This document shows, piece by piece, positions 18,269 to 28,649 of a stretch of 61,054 nt of DNA. The DNA comes from Devosia sp. GTDB lineage: Bacteria; Pseudomonadota; Alphaproteobacteria; Rhizobiales; Devosiaceae. The stretch lies in contig NZ_JAFKHD010000070.1 of assembly GCF_017307565.1 (NCBI RefSeq), positions 1 through 61,054 on the forward strand. Direction: 5' to 3'. Each line of letters begins with the position of its first letter. The first letter of the stretch is position 1. The translations under genes and the position numbers were made by a program. The notes beneath the pieces are model-generated. The model ran no database searches, was not told the DNA's origin, and saw nothing but the letters and a program-made list of their open reading frames with translations.

Positions 18269-18949
18269 TCAGGCGATGCGGCCGGTGGCCGCCTCGCGAA
18301 TGGCCGCAATGCGACCGGCATAAGTCTTGGGATCGTTGCCGCCATAGACGGCCGAACCGGCCACCAGCACGTTGGCGCCGGCATCGACAATCGCCCGGGC
18401 ATTCTCGGCGGTAACGCCGCCATCGACCTCCAGATCGATATCGCGGCCGCCGATCAGCGCCTTGGCCTGGCGGATCTTGGTGATCGCCTCGGGAATAAAG
18501 CTCTGGCCGCCGAAGCCCGGATTGACGCTCATGACGAGGATCAAATCGACATTGTCGATCACGTGCTGGATCGTGGAAACCGGCGTTGCCGGATTGAGCG
18601 CCACGCCGGCCTTCTTGCCGAGACCGCGAATGGCCTGCAGCGACCGGTGGAGGTGCGGGCCGGCCTCGGCGTGGACGGTAATGATGTCGGCGCCGCCATG
18701 GGCGAAATCAGCGAGATAGGCATCGGTCGGCGCAATCATCAGATGCGCGTCGAAAACCTTGTCGGTGACGCCGCGGATCGACTTCATGATCGGTGCGCCA
18801 AAGCTGATATTGGGCACGAAATGTCCGTCCATCACGTCGATATGGATATAGTCCGCACCGCCGGCGACGATGGCGGAAACCTCGTCTCCGAGCCGCGAAA
18901 AATCGGCGGAAAGGATCGACGGGGCGATACGCAGGGGGCGGGTCGACAT
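18269..18949 (-). CDS. rpe: Ribulose-phosphate 3-epimerase
   Basis: [35 protein letters not shown]. Confidence 0.97.
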   Translation of the reverse strand: MSTRPLRIAPSILSADFSRLGDEVSAIVAGGADYIHIDVMDGHFVPNISFGAPIMKSIRGVTDKVFDAHLMIAPTDAYLADFAHGGADIITVHAEAGPHLHRSLQAIRGLGKKAGVALNPATPVSTIQHVIDNVDLILVMSVNPGFGGQSFIPEAITKIRQAKALIGGRDIDLEVDGGVTAENARAIVDAGANVLVAGSAVYGGNDPKTYAGRIAAIREAATGRIA

Positions 18950-19080
18950 GAAGGGGGCACCTCAGTTCCAGGCGATGGTCTGGCTATAGGGCGACCGGCG
19001 CGCCGGGGCAAGCCTAGCCTTTGGTTGGCATGGCCGAAACCGGACCCTAGACTGGCCCCATCCGCAAAGGGGAAAAACAC

Positions 19081-19485
19081 ATGGCGACCCACCGCAGTTC
19101 GACGCTGGCCGTGACCATCAATCGTCCCTGGCGCGAGGTCTACGAATTCGCCGCCGAGCCCGCCAATATGGTTCAATGGGCTGCGGGCCTGGGCAATGGT
19201 TTTGAAGGCGCGGGCCTAAAATGGATCGCTCGCGATCCCGGCGGCAATCCGATCCGCATCACCTTCAGCGAGAAGAATGCTTTTGGCGTGCTGGACCATG
19301 ATGTGCACCTTGATGACCGGGTGGTCCATGTGGCCCTGCGCGTCATGCCCAATGGCGACGGCGCCGAGGTGACCTTCCTGCTGCTGCAGGAGAACGGCAT
19401 GAGCGAAGCGGAGTATCAGCGCGATGCGGCCGCGGTGCGAAAAGACCTCGAAACCCTGAAGGCCCTGATGGAAAAGGGCGCATAG
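19081..19485 (+). CDS. SRPBCC / polyketide cyclase-like protein
   Basis: VYEFAAEPANMVQWAAGLG, FGVLDHDV, DLETLKALME. Confidence 0.75.
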   Translation: MATHRSSTLAVTINRPWREVYEFAAEPANMVQWAAGLGNGFEGAGLKWIARDPGGNPIRITFSEKNAFGVLDHDVHLDDRVVHVALRVMPNGDGAEVTFLLLQENGMSEAEYQRDAAAVRKDLETLKALMEKGA

Positions 19486-19568
19486 CTGTTGAAAAGGCAG
19501 ACCGCCGCGGGACTCCGTCACCTTGGGCGGGTCATATCCTCAAAAGCCCGCTCGCGTGAGGATCTGCC

Positions 19569-20912
19569 ATGGACTGGAACCGCCTTCTTTCCGAAGAGCG
19601 TCTCGGCGACAAGAAATATGTCCCGCAGGCCAGCCGGTCGATCTTCGTGCAGGATCACGACCGCATCATTTTCTCCGCGCCCTTCCGCCGCCTTGCCAAC
19701 AAGACACAGGTGCAGCCGCTCTATGAGCACGATCACGTCCATCACCGACTGATCCACTCGATCGAGGTCAGCAGCGTCGGGCGCTCGCTGGCCATGCGCA
19801 TCGGCCATTGGCTGGCTGAGCAAAATCACATCGAGGCCGGGGGCGAACATAGCCTTGCCAATATCGTTCAGGCGGCGTGCGTCGCCCACGACATCGGCAA
19901 TCCGCCCTTCGGCCATTCCGGCGAAGACGCCATGGGCGCCTGGTTTGCCGAGCAGTTTTCCGAGGGCAGGGGCCTTGCAGGCGATCTCGATCCCAGCCTG
20001 CGCCCCGAATTCACTGCCTTCGAGGGCAATGCGCAGGGTTTTCGCATCCTGACGCGGCTTGAAATGTACCGCAATGACGGCGGCATGCGGCTTTCCAAGG
20101 CGACGCTCGGCGCCTTCATGAAATACCCCGTCACTGCGAAAACCCGCGCAGCCGTTAAGGCGAGTGGCGATGCAAGCTATGTCGGCCTCAAGAAGTTCGG
20201 TGTCTTCAGCAGCGAGACGGCGCTCTTCGAAGACGTCGCGGCCTCGCTTGGCCTGCCCGAAGAGCGCATCGGCGATCAGACATGGTGGCGGCGCCATCCG
20301 CTGGTCTTCGTCGTCGAGGCGGCGGATGACATTTGCTACAATATCGTCGACATCGAAGACGCCTTCACCACCGGCGAGCTCTCCTATGAGGCGGTGGTGA
20401 AAATCCTCGTCGAAGCGGCTAAGCCGCGCGATGCCGGCGCCGGTGACAGAAACCAGGCCGAACACGTCGCCATGCTGCGCGCCATGGCCATAGGCAAGGC
20501 CATCGACAGCTGCGTCGAAGCCTTCAAGGCCCACTACGAGCCGATCATGGCCGGCACCTTTTCGGGCGCACTGACGGAGGTCGGCGAAATGGCGCCGATC
20601 TTTGAAAACATGCGCAAGCTCTCATCCGACCACATCTTTACCGCAAGGCGGAAGACCGAGCTTGAAATCTCGGGCCGCCGCATCATCGGCAATGTGATGT
20701 CGGGCATCCTGCCGGTCTTTGAAGACCTGGCTTCGGTCAACTGGCAGGCCGAACGGATCGGAGCCCGCTCCCAGCAGCTGGTGCGTGCGCTCGATCTCGA
20801 CCTGCGCGACCTGACGACACCCGCCAGCGCGCTGCACGCACTGGCCGACTACACGTCGGGCATGACGGATCGCTACGCGCTGCGCATATCCAAGATGCTC
20901 TCAGGCCACTAG
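19569..20912 (+). CDS. dgt: dGTP triphosphohydrolase (HD family)
   Basis: FRRLANKTQV, HRLIHSIEV, AHDIGNPPFGHSGE, FEGNAQ, EAADDICY, DYTSGMTDRYA. Confidence 0.9.
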   Translation: MDWNRLLSEERLGDKKYVPQASRSIFVQDHDRIIFSAPFRRLANKTQVQPLYEHDHVHHRLIHSIEVSSVGRSLAMRIGHWLAEQNHIEAGGEHSLANIVQAACVAHDIGNPPFGHSGEDAMGAWFAEQFSEGRGLAGDLDPSLRPEFTAFEGNAQGFRILTRLEMYRNDGGMRLSKATLGAFMKYPVTAKTRAAVKASGDASYVGLKKFGVFSSETALFEDVAASLGLPEERIGDQTWWRRHPLVFVVEAADDICYNIVDIEDAFTTGELSYEAVVKILVEAAKPRDAGAGDRNQAEHVAMLRAMAIGKAIDSCVEAFKAHYEPIMAGTFSGALTEVGEMAPIFENMRKLSSDHIFTARRKTELEISGRRIIGNVMSGILPVFEDLASVNWQAERIGARSQQLVRALDLDLRDLTTPASALHALADYTSGMTDRYALRISKMLSGH

Positions 20913-20916
20913 CTGA

Positions 20917-21138
20917 TCACAGCATTGGCGCGAGTTCGTCGGGCTCGTCGATGCTGCCTGGGGTTGCGCCCAGGGACTGCGCCGGGGCAAAGCCCGTTTC
21001 GCTGCCCTGCCAGCGCGCAACTTCGCGCCCGCAATGGGAACACCCAAGAAGCGTACCGAGGGGCAAGTTACCCGTAGTAATGGAGTTCTTTTGACCGCAA
21101 TGCGGACAACTGATCGTCAAGACTGAAAACGGACTCAT
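20917..21138 (-). CDS. Small zinc-ribbon protein
   Basis: CPHC...CSHC pair in a 73-aa ORF. Confidence 0.5.
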   Translation of the reverse strand: MSPFSVLTISCPHCGQKNSITTGNLPLGTLLGCSHCGREVARWQGSETGFAPAQSLGATPGSIDEPDELAPML

Positions 21139-21373
21139 GACGCCACCTTTGTTTTGTGGCGGCAGCTTGAACCTCTTGCAGGGCATTTGACTGTCGTCGC
21201 TGAAGCCACGGCAAGGGCAGCGACGGGTGAAGTCTATGCCCTCGAACGTGGCATGTCACCCTTATTATCGGACAGCGGGGGATGCGCGCTCACTTCGCCG
21301 CGATGCGACCCTTAGGCCGATTGCTTTATATGTCCGTCGCGCTACACAAGGCCCCGAAACGGGGAGCGTCGCC

Positions 21374-22111
21374 TTGGAATTTTCTCTGCCTCTGGTGATT
21401 GGTGCGGGTATCCTGAGCTTTCTCAGCCCCTGCGTCCTGCCACTTGTGCCGCCATATCTCACCTATATGAGCGGCGCGAGTTTTGATCAGCTGCGCGCCG
21501 AGGCCGATACGGGCGCCGGCAAACTGACCTTCAAGGTCGCGATCACTTCGCTCTTCTTCATCCTGGGCTTTTCGGTCGTCTTCATTGCGCTCGGCGCGAC
21601 GGCGACTGCTTTCGGCCAGGTGTTCCGCCAGCTGCTGCCGATCATGACGCCGGTTGCCGGCATCGTCATCATCGCCATGGGCCTGCATTTCCTGGGCATC
21701 TATCGCATTTCCTTCCTCGACCGGCAGATCCGCCACAACGGTCCGGGCGCCGCCTCGGGTCCGGCCGGCGGGTTCCTGCTGGGTCTGGCCTTTGCCATCG
21801 GCTGGACGCCGTGCATCGGTCCGGTGCTGGCCGCGATCCTCTCCGTGGCCGCCAGCCGCGAAACCGCCTGGGAAGGCGCCTCGCTGCTCGGGCTCTATTC
21901 GCTGGGCCTCGGCATTCCCTTCTTCCTTGCCGGCATCGCCATCGGTCCGTTCCTGACCTTCTTCCAGACGTTCAAGCGCCACCTGCACACGGTCGAACGC
22001 ATCATGGGCGGCCTGCTGGTGGTTACCGGGCTACTGTTCCTCACCGGCAATTTCACCCGCATCTCGTTCTGGTTTCTCGAAACCTTTCCGGTGCTGGCCA
22101 ATTTCGGTTAA
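21374..22111 (+). CDS. ccdA: Cytochrome c biogenesis protein CcdA
   Basis: SFLSPCVLPLVP and GWTPCIGPVL; TTG start after GGGGAG. Confidence 0.9.
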   Translation: MEFSLPLVIGAGILSFLSPCVLPLVPPYLTYMSGASFDQLRAEADTGAGKLTFKVAITSLFFILGFSVVFIALGATATAFGQVFRQLLPIMTPVAGIVIIAMGLHFLGIYRISFLDRQIRHNGPGAASGPAGGFLLGLAFAIGWTPCIGPVLAAILSVAASRETAWEGASLLGLYSLGLGIPFFLAGIAIGPFLTFFQTFKRHLHTVERIMGGLLVVTGLLFLTGNFTRISFWFLETFPVLANFG

Positions 22112-22216
22112 GGCGCAGGAGTTTCTTAACCCTCCCACGTTTTCCGCTCTGCGCAGAACAATTGCTGCGTGATCTTCAGGCCCGATTTACTCGAATGCGC
22201 CAAGACTGGCGCAGTC

Positions 22217-23482
22217 ATGTGGACGGGAAAGATGGACACGGCCAACGCGAATAGCCAGCCTGTGTTGCGCGCACTTGCCGAGAGCGGCGGGGATATCGGC
22301 CGGTCGGCCGACGCTTCCGCGCGTCCGCTCGCGCCCATGACTGCCCGTCGCGTCAACGATATCGCCTCTGTCGAGACCGTCTGGCGGGCGCTTACGGCCG
22401 ATGGCGTCGAGTCGCCCGGCCAGAGTTTCGATTTCATCCGTCTCTGGATCGCCGATCGCGGCATTGCCCCGGAACACCAGTGCTTCGTCGTCGGCGAGGT
22501 TGACGGAGAGCCGGTGGCGCTATTGCCGCTCCATCGCCGCAGCCAGATGGGCGTGACGGTATACACCTGGTTCCCGCGCTCGCAGGTCGGCTGCTACGCG
22601 CCTATTTCCGACTATCGCCGGTTGGCGCAGCTTGGCCCCGAGGGCCGCGCGCAGCTCTGGCAGACCATGCTCGCCCAGTTGGACGACGCCGATGCCGTCT
22701 ATCTCCGCGCCATTCCGGGCGAGATCGCCGGCTTCGGCGGCCTTTTCGACGAATTGGGCGGCCCTCTCGCGGTGGATACGCTCTACCGCTCCGAATTCGC
22801 CTCCTGGGAAGAGTGCGACCGTCTGCAACGCAGCCGCAGCCGCCGCAAGCACGACCGCCAGCAGGGCGACCGCCTCGCGGCTTTGGGCGAGATCGGTTTT
22901 GAGTTGGTTACCGATCCTGCGGCGGGCAGGGCGGCCATTGAGGTCATGTTCCGCCAGCGCTCGGCCCGGTTCCGCGCCCAGGGCATTCGCGACACCTTCG
23001 TCTGCGACAACCTCGTCGATTTCTATCAGCGCGCCATGGAGCCCGGTTCGGGGCTCGATATCCGGCTGCACGTGCTCCGCCTCAACGGCGAGATCGTCGC
23101 CGTGCGCTACAATGTCGTCCACGGCACGCGCATGTTCTGCCTCATCTCCTCGATGAGCGACGATCCGGCTATCCAAGTGGGTTCGCCGGGCAAGCAATGC
23201 CTGCTGCGCGTCATGCAGACCGTTTTCGATAGCGGCTTTTCCATGTTCGACATGGGCTCGGGCTTTACTGACGAAAAGCGGCACTGGTGCAATGTGCAGA
23301 CCCCGCTCCGCCAGCACTATGTCGGCCTGACGCTCAAGGGACGTCTCTCGGTGGGCTGCCATCAGCAGTTCCAGAAGCTGCGGGCGCAGGCCAAGGCCAA
23401 CCCCCGCGTCAAGTCGGCGCTGCGCCACCTCCAACAGTTCAGCGACCGGCTGTTCGGCCGCCGCCAGCAGCCGTCAGATTAG
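22217..23482 (+). CDS. CelD/BcsL-like GNAT acetyltransferase
   Basis: [34 protein letters not shown]; start uncertain. Confidence 0.75.
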   Translation: MWTGKMDTANANSQPVLRALAESGGDIGRSADASARPLAPMTARRVNDIASVETVWRALTADGVESPGQSFDFIRLWIADRGIAPEHQCFVVGEVDGEPVALLPLHRRSQMGVTVYTWFPRSQVGCYAPISDYRRLAQLGPEGRAQLWQTMLAQLDDADAVYLRAIPGEIAGFGGLFDELGGPLAVDTLYRSEFASWEECDRLQRSRSRRKHDRQQGDRLAALGEIGFELVTDPAAGRAAIEVMFRQRSARFRAQGIRDTFVCDNLVDFYQRAMEPGSGLDIRLHVLRLNGEIVAVRYNVVHGTRMFCLISSMSDDPAIQVGSPGKQCLLRVMQTVFDSGFSMFDMGSGFTDEKRHWCNVQTPLRQHYVGLTLKGRLSVGCHQQFQKLRAQAKANPRVKSALRHLQQFSDRLFGRRQQPSD

Positions 23483-24166
23483 CTTCAGCCCGCGCATCGA
23501 GGCGTGCCCGGCACGGCCGATGATGATGTGGTCATGGAGGGTAATGCCCATCTGCTTGGCGATCTCGGCGATTTCGCGCGTCATCCGCACGTCGGCTGCT
23601 GATGGAGAGGGATCGCCCGATGGGTGGTTGTGGACGAGGATCAGGGCGGACGCTGAAAGCTCCAGCGTGCGGCGGATCACCTCGCGCGGATAGACCGGGG
23701 TATGGTCCACCGTGCCCACCTGCTGCACCTCGTCGGCGATCAGCCTGTTCTTCTTGTCGAGGAAGAGAATGCGGAACTGCTCGACGCTCTCATAGGCCAT
23801 GGCCCCACGACAGTAATCGATGAGCTGTGACCAGGAGGAGAGGATCGGCTTTTCGACGTCGATCTTGTCGCGGCCAAAGCGCTGCGCCACGGCCTGCACC
23901 ACTTTGAGATGGGTGATGGACGTTTCGCCCAGCCCCTTGACCTCGGCGAGCCGGGCAGGGGGCGCGCCCAGCACTTCGGACACCGAGCCGAAGCGGGTGA
24001 GGAGATCTTTCGCCAGTGCCTTGGTGTCGCGCTGCGGCAGGATCATGTGCAGCAGCAGCTCGAGCAGTTCATAATCGGCCAGCGCGTCGCCGCCCACGGT
24101 GTTGAACCGCTCGCGGGCCCGTTCCCGGTGCCCGAGATAATGCGGCTTTACCGCCGCTTCAGCCAT
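23474..24166 (-). CDS. radC: RadC / JAB-domain protein
   Basis: [39 protein letters not shown]. Confidence 0.92.
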   Translation of the reverse strand: MAEAAVKPHYLGHRERARERFNTVGGDALADYELLELLLHMILPQRDTKALAKDLLTRFGSVSEVLGAPPARLAEVKGLGETSITHLKVVQAVAQRFGRDKIDVEKPILSSWSQLIDYCRGAMAYESVEQFRILFLDKKNRLIADEVQQVGTVDHTPVYPREVIRRTLELSASALILVHNHPSGDPSPSAADVRMTREIAEIAKQMGITLHDHIIIGRAGHASMRGLKLI

Positions 24167-24183
24167 GCCGTCTGGCTTGTCGC

Positions 24184-25020
24184 TCAAGACCGCTTCCGCG
24201 CTTCGAGTGGATTGAAAAGGCCGCCGGGCGAGAGCGTGAAAATCTCGTGCCCCGTTTCCGTGATGCCGATCGAATGCTCGCACTGCGCCGAGAGCGTTCG
24301 GTCGCGCGTCACTGCGGTCCAGCCATCGGAGAGGATTTTGACGTGCGGCTTACCAAGGTTGATCATCGGCTCGATGGTGAAGATCATGCCCGGCTTCAGC
24401 GGAACGCCCGTTCCGGGCGTGCCGAAGTGCAGGATGTTCGGTTCATCGTGGAAGAGCCGGCCGACGCCGTGGCCGACGAAGTCGCGCACGACGCTCATGC
24501 GCTCACCTTCCGCCACCGCCTGGATGGCGGCGCCGATATCACCCGTGGTGTTGCCCGGCTTGGCCGCAGCAAGACCAGCTTCGAGCCCGGCATAGGTCAC
24601 TTCGATCAGCCGCTCGGCTTTTCGCGAGATTTCGCCCACCGGATACATGCGGCTCGAGTCGCCATACCAGCCGTCGACGATCAGCGTCAGGTCCACATTG
24701 ACGATATCGCCCTCGCGCAGCCCGCGATCATCTGGAATGCCGTGGCACACCACGTGGTTGATCGAGGTACAGACCGAGTGGCGATAGCCCTTGTAGAAGA
24801 GCGTCGCCGGCACCGCGTCATTGTCGCGGGCGAATTCATAGGCGATCTGGTCGAGCTTGGAGGTCGGCACGCCTGGCTCGACATACTCGGTCAAAATATC
24901 GAGAGCCTGGGCCGTCAGCGCCCCGGCTTTGCGCATGCCTTCAAAACCCTCCGCGCCATGCAGCGGGATGACACCGGGAGTCCGGCGGGATTTGGCGGAT
25001 GCGTCGACGTAGGTAACCAT
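24184..25020 (-). CDS. map: Methionine aminopeptidase type I
   Basis: [31 protein letters not shown]. Confidence 0.95.
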   Translation of the reverse strand: MVTYVDASAKSRRTPGVIPLHGAEGFEGMRKAGALTAQALDILTEYVEPGVPTSKLDQIAYEFARDNDAVPATLFYKGYRHSVCTSINHVVCHGIPDDRGLREGDIVNVDLTLIVDGWYGDSSRMYPVGEISRKAERLIEVTYAGLEAGLAAAKPGNTTGDIGAAIQAVAEGERMSVVRDFVGHGVGRLFHDEPNILHFGTPGTGVPLKPGMIFTIEPMINLGKPHVKILSDGWTAVTRDRTLSAQCEHSIGITETGHEIFTLSPGGLFNPLEARKRS

Positions 25021-25142
25021 TGAGAACTCCAGGGGATGACACAAACCTAGTCAGTTGCACCGCCGATTGAAAGTCCCCCGCCAGCTTGACGGCAGCCTAA
25101 GGCAGGGGCATTGCTCTTGGGCTTAGTGAAGCGGAAAAATCC

Positions 25143-25913
25143 ATGTCGACCCAAACTCGTGTGACCGCCGGCCTTCTGGTAATCGGCGACGAAATCCTTT
25201 CCGGCCGGACCAAGGACGTGAATATCGGCGCTGTCGCCGATTTCTGTACCGATCTCGGCATCGATCTCACCGAAGTGCGCGTCGTCAGCGACGTCGAAGA
25301 GTCGATCGTCGAAGCGGTCAATGCCCTCCGCCAGCGCTACACCTATGTCTTCACCACTGGCGGCATCGGGCCGACGCATGACGACATCACCGCCGACGCC
25401 ATCGCCAAGGCCTTCGGCGTCGCCCTGCCGATCAATGCCCAGGCCCGCGCCATGCTCGAAGCGCGCTGGAAGGAAACCGGCACCGAGGTCAACGAAGCCC
25501 GCCTCCGCATGGCCCGCATTCCCGAAGGCGCCGATCTCATCGTCAATTCGGTCAGCGCCGCCCCCGGCTTCCGCATCGGCAATGTGCACGTCATGGCCGG
25601 CGTGCCCGTCATCATGCGCGCCATGCTCGAAGCCCTGACGCCCACGCTAAAGGGCAGCAAGAAGGTGCAGTCCATCACCGTGAAGGCTGCCGTCGGCGAA
25701 GGCACGCTCGGCGGTCCGCTGGCCGCGCTGCAGAATGAATATCCCGATGTGAAGATGGGCTCCTACCCCCAGATGGGAAAAGACCGGGTCATGACCGAGC
25801 TGGTCCTGCGTTCCTCCGACGAGGCATTGCTGGCCGAGGCTGGGGAAAAGGTGCGCGCCATGGTCGCTGCGGCCCATGCAAAGGCCGGAATACAGCCTCC
25901 CGACGGGGAATGA
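25143..25913 (+). CDS. CinA-like molybdopterin-binding protein
   Basis: IGDEILSGRTKD, TTGGIGPTHDDIT, MAGVP. Confidence 0.9.
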   Translation: MSTQTRVTAGLLVIGDEILSGRTKDVNIGAVADFCTDLGIDLTEVRVVSDVEESIVEAVNALRQRYTYVFTTGGIGPTHDDITADAIAKAFGVALPINAQARAMLEARWKETGTEVNEARLRMARIPEGADLIVNSVSAAPGFRIGNVHVMAGVPVIMRAMLEALTPTLKGSKKVQSITVKAAVGEGTLGGPLAALQNEYPDVKMGSYPQMGKDRVMTELVLRSSDEALLAEAGEKVRAMVAAAHAKAGIQPPDGE

Positions 25914-25993
25914 TTGGCGTCGGGCCCGTCCTTTGATAAGGACGGTGCCTCACAAAGAATTCGGCGCCCGCCGCCCCTCCGGAGATCAATGCG

Positions 25994-26491
25994 TTGAGCA
26001 ATCCCAACCAGAAGTCGTTTCCCGTCACTTGGGACCAGTTTCACCGCGATAGCCGCGCTCTCGCCTGGCGCCTCGCCGGCCTCGGCACCTTTGACGCCGT
26101 CGTCGCCATCGCCCGTGGCGGCCTCGTTCCGGCAGCCATCGTCGCCCGCGAACTGAATATCCGCACCGTCGAAACCGTGGCCGCCAAGAGCTACGACCAC
26201 CAGAACCAGGCCGGCATCAAGATCCTCAAGGAAATCAGCCAGCCGATCCTCGACCTCGCCAAGAACGGCGGCAATATCCTGATCGTCGACGACCTCGTGG
26301 ACACCGGCAACACCGCCCGCGTCGTCCGCGAAATGCTCCCCGGCGCCCATTTCGCTACCGTCTACGCCAAGCCCAAAGGCCGCGAAATGGTCGACACCTT
26401 CATTACTGAAGTCAGCCAGGACACCTGGATTTTCTTCCCCTGGGACCTCGACGTCGCCTACGTCGCCCCCATCTCCGGCGGCACCGACTGA
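25994..26491 (+). CDS. gpt: Xanthine phosphoribosyltransferase
   Basis: [36 protein letters not shown]; TTG start. Confidence 0.93.
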   Translation: MSNPNQKSFPVTWDQFHRDSRALAWRLAGLGTFDAVVAIARGGLVPAAIVARELNIRTVETVAAKSYDHQNQAGIKILKEISQPILDLAKNGGNILIVDDLVDTGNTARVVREMLPGAHFATVYAKPKGREMVDTFITEVSQDTWIFFPWDLDVAYVAPISGGTD

Positions 26492-26559
26492 TCTATCCCG
26501 CTTATCCCCGCCCCAAGCGCCCATGACACCCTGCCTCCGCATCAAAGCGGGGGTGGGAA

Positions 26560-27915
26560 ATGGCGAGACTATCGAAGAAGCTTGAAGAGAAGCGAGCCGA
26601 GCTCGCCAGACTGATCGAACGCAAGGCGTTCGACGCCTATGTCAGGTATGGCGCCGTACCCGACGATTTCCATCGGCTCGCCGAGACCGCAGCCGACGGC
26701 CAGAAATTCCTCGACCTCTGCGCCGGCCTGTCCACCAAGGCTCTCCCAGAAGGCCGTCCTACCACCCACTACACCTGGCGCACAGCTGGCGACGATCGCG
26801 TCCGCCACGCGCACGCCGCCCTCGAAGGGCGGGTATTCGCTTGGACCAACGCTCCATCAGAAGGCCACCCCGGCACCGCGCCCTACTGCCGCTGCTGGGC
26901 TGAGCCGTACTATGGCAATCCCGCGCTCCCGGACGCTTCTCTCCAACTCGGGTCCGAACGACAGGTTGCCACTGATCCGTCTGAACTTTGGGCAAGTGTC
27001 GAAACACTCACGCGGCCGGATGGGAGCATAGCCGCCTCGGAGGTCATCATGACCGATGGCGCCTCCGTTCGATCGACCTTTGCCGGTCAAAGCGTTTCGC
27101 AGGTCGTGGTCATGCCAAACGCCACGTTTCTGGAGGCTCATCGAAACGCGCAGGGTGAGCATATCTCTCTCGGCCGCGACGGCGAGGTGCTCGCGCGGGT
27201 CGCTTGGCTCCGCAGCGCGCTTACGCGCGGCCCTCTTGTCGCCCCACCGGCCGTGCTGGCGATGCCGAAACCTCCCGCCGTACCGAGCGATGCGCTGGCG
27301 GACACCTGGCTCGCATCGCCTTTTGCCATAATGGTTCGGGGCGCCCTTACGCTCTACAACGCCGCTGTGGCGCAACCTGGGCCGATGGGCATAGGCGACA
27401 CCGGGCTCGTCGCGCTCGCCTTCAAGGTTTGGGACGGCAGCAGAACTGGAAACTCTGTAACGGTCACGCAAGTCGCGCTCACTGCCGAACAAGTCGCGCA
27501 AACCTGCAAGCTGTTACCGGAGGTGCAGGCTCTAACCAACGAAGCAGCCGCAAAAATGAGTGCCATGCGACTCACCGCAACACCTCAGAATTTTGGGATT
27601 GCCGTTCATACCGAAGTTCACCGACAGATCACCATGCGGAAATTATTGTCTCCGGTTCAGTACGGCAACGTTCATCCCGAAATGTCGATCACGGGCGGAG
27701 GATTAACTAGCATAGATGGTGACGTATACTATGGGCAGGCTGAGACATCACGCCTAGATGTCTACGAGAGAGTGAATGCAACCACGGCTTGCATATACGA
27801 TGTGAAAACTGGACGGAGAGGTCTTTCGCTCACCCGCACGACAGATTTGGTCAGCCGAACTACGAAAATCCCAGGGGTAACTAACGTGATCGTTCTTCAA
27901 GTCGGCATTCAATGA
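26560..27915 (+). CDS. MuF (phage Mu gpF-like) domain protein with C-terminal putative PD-(D/E)xK nuclease toxin
   Basis: YTWRTAGDDRVRHAH..L.G..F.W...HPG...CRCWAEP is the Phage_Mu_F signature; the C-terminus has FGIAVH...HPEMS...RLDVYE...IYDVKTG; GC drops in the 3' third. Confidence 0.75.
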   Translation: MARLSKKLEEKRAELARLIERKAFDAYVRYGAVPDDFHRLAETAADGQKFLDLCAGLSTKALPEGRPTTHYTWRTAGDDRVRHAHAALEGRVFAWTNAPSEGHPGTAPYCRCWAEPYYGNPALPDASLQLGSERQVATDPSELWASVETLTRPDGSIAASEVIMTDGASVRSTFAGQSVSQVVVMPNATFLEAHRNAQGEHISLGRDGEVLARVAWLRSALTRGPLVAPPAVLAMPKPPAVPSDALADTWLASPFAIMVRGALTLYNAAVAQPGPMGIGDTGLVALAFKVWDGSRTGNSVTVTQVALTAEQVAQTCKLLPEVQALTNEAAAKMSAMRLTATPQNFGIAVHTEVHRQITMRKLLSPVQYGNVHPEMSITGGGLTSIDGDVYYGQAETSRLDVYERVNATTACIYDVKTGRRGLSLTRTTDLVSRTTKIPGVTNVIVLQVGIQ

Positions 27916-28649
27916 CAACCATTACAGAAGTCGCCCAGTTAGCCTCGCCGTTTCTCCGGGACTACCCTGATTTTGTTATGGAGAAGCGGGAGATTTTTCG
28001 GACGCCGGTTCGTCACCTCGTGGTGGGCTTCTCGTTTGGCCCGCCCCACTACAAGGGCGAAGTTGACCTCTATTGGCGAGTCGAATTCCTATTCTCGCCG
28101 CCAAATTTTTCGGTCGGGATCGGCAGGCAGATCGATGGGGCACACGGTTTTCTCGGGGAGGATCCGACTTTGCCAGCCAGGGTGCGCGCAGAGATGGAGC
28201 GCGCTGCGAGCGAAGTTATCGTATCAGGTACGTCGCTCGACAATATGCTGTCGGTCCAGCAGCACATGAACCCCTATGCGGGGATGTCCTACCCGAGCCA
28301 GGCACTTCTACACGCTGCGCTTGGCAGATTCCCAGAAGCCCGCGCTGTTCTGGAAAAGTACCTCGACCTGAATTGGGCGGATGCCAATGCCTACGGTGCC
28401 TCTCCATCGGTGGTCATCGGTTCCAAAAAGTCGGAAAGACGGCAGAGGTTCAAGGTCCAATGGCTTGAGAACCTCGGAAACCTCGATGCCCTCCGTATAA
28501 TGCTCGCGGAGGAAGACCCGGCCCCTGTCGCGGCGCTCTTGCATGAATGGGAAGCGATGAACGTCCAGGTCCGAAAACTTGAACGCTTCTGGCGACCTTC
28601 GCCGTTTCCGTTCGAGAGCAAAGTAGCCAGCGCGAACGGTCCGTCATGA
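27912..28649 (+). CDS. Putative cognate immunity protein
   Basis: ATGA overlap with the toxin stop; 245 aa; no recognised family; paralogous to the next gene. Confidence 0.6.
   Translation: MTTITEVAQLASPFLRDYPDFVMEKREIFRTPVRHLVVGFSFGPPHYKGEVDLYWRVEFLFSPPNFSVGIGRQIDGAHGFLGEDPTLPARVRAEMERAASEVIVSGTSLDNMLSVQQHMNPYAGMSYPSQALLHAALGRFPEARAVLEKYLDLNWADANAYGASPSVVIGSKKSERRQRFKVQWLENLGNLDALRIMLAEEDPAPVAALLHEWEAMNVQVRKLERFWRPSPFPFESKVASANGPS

Noticed and set aside
16940-19114. Long antisense ORFs (also 4836-6092, 8549-10069, 36081-37604, 39750-41093, 43203-44702, 45103-46551)
   Set aside because: Shadows of well-identified genes on the opposite strand, expected in high-GC coding DNA; no motifs of their own.
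23474-24166. radC as a mobile-element marker
   Set aside because: Full-length chromosomal form in the standard map-radC context.
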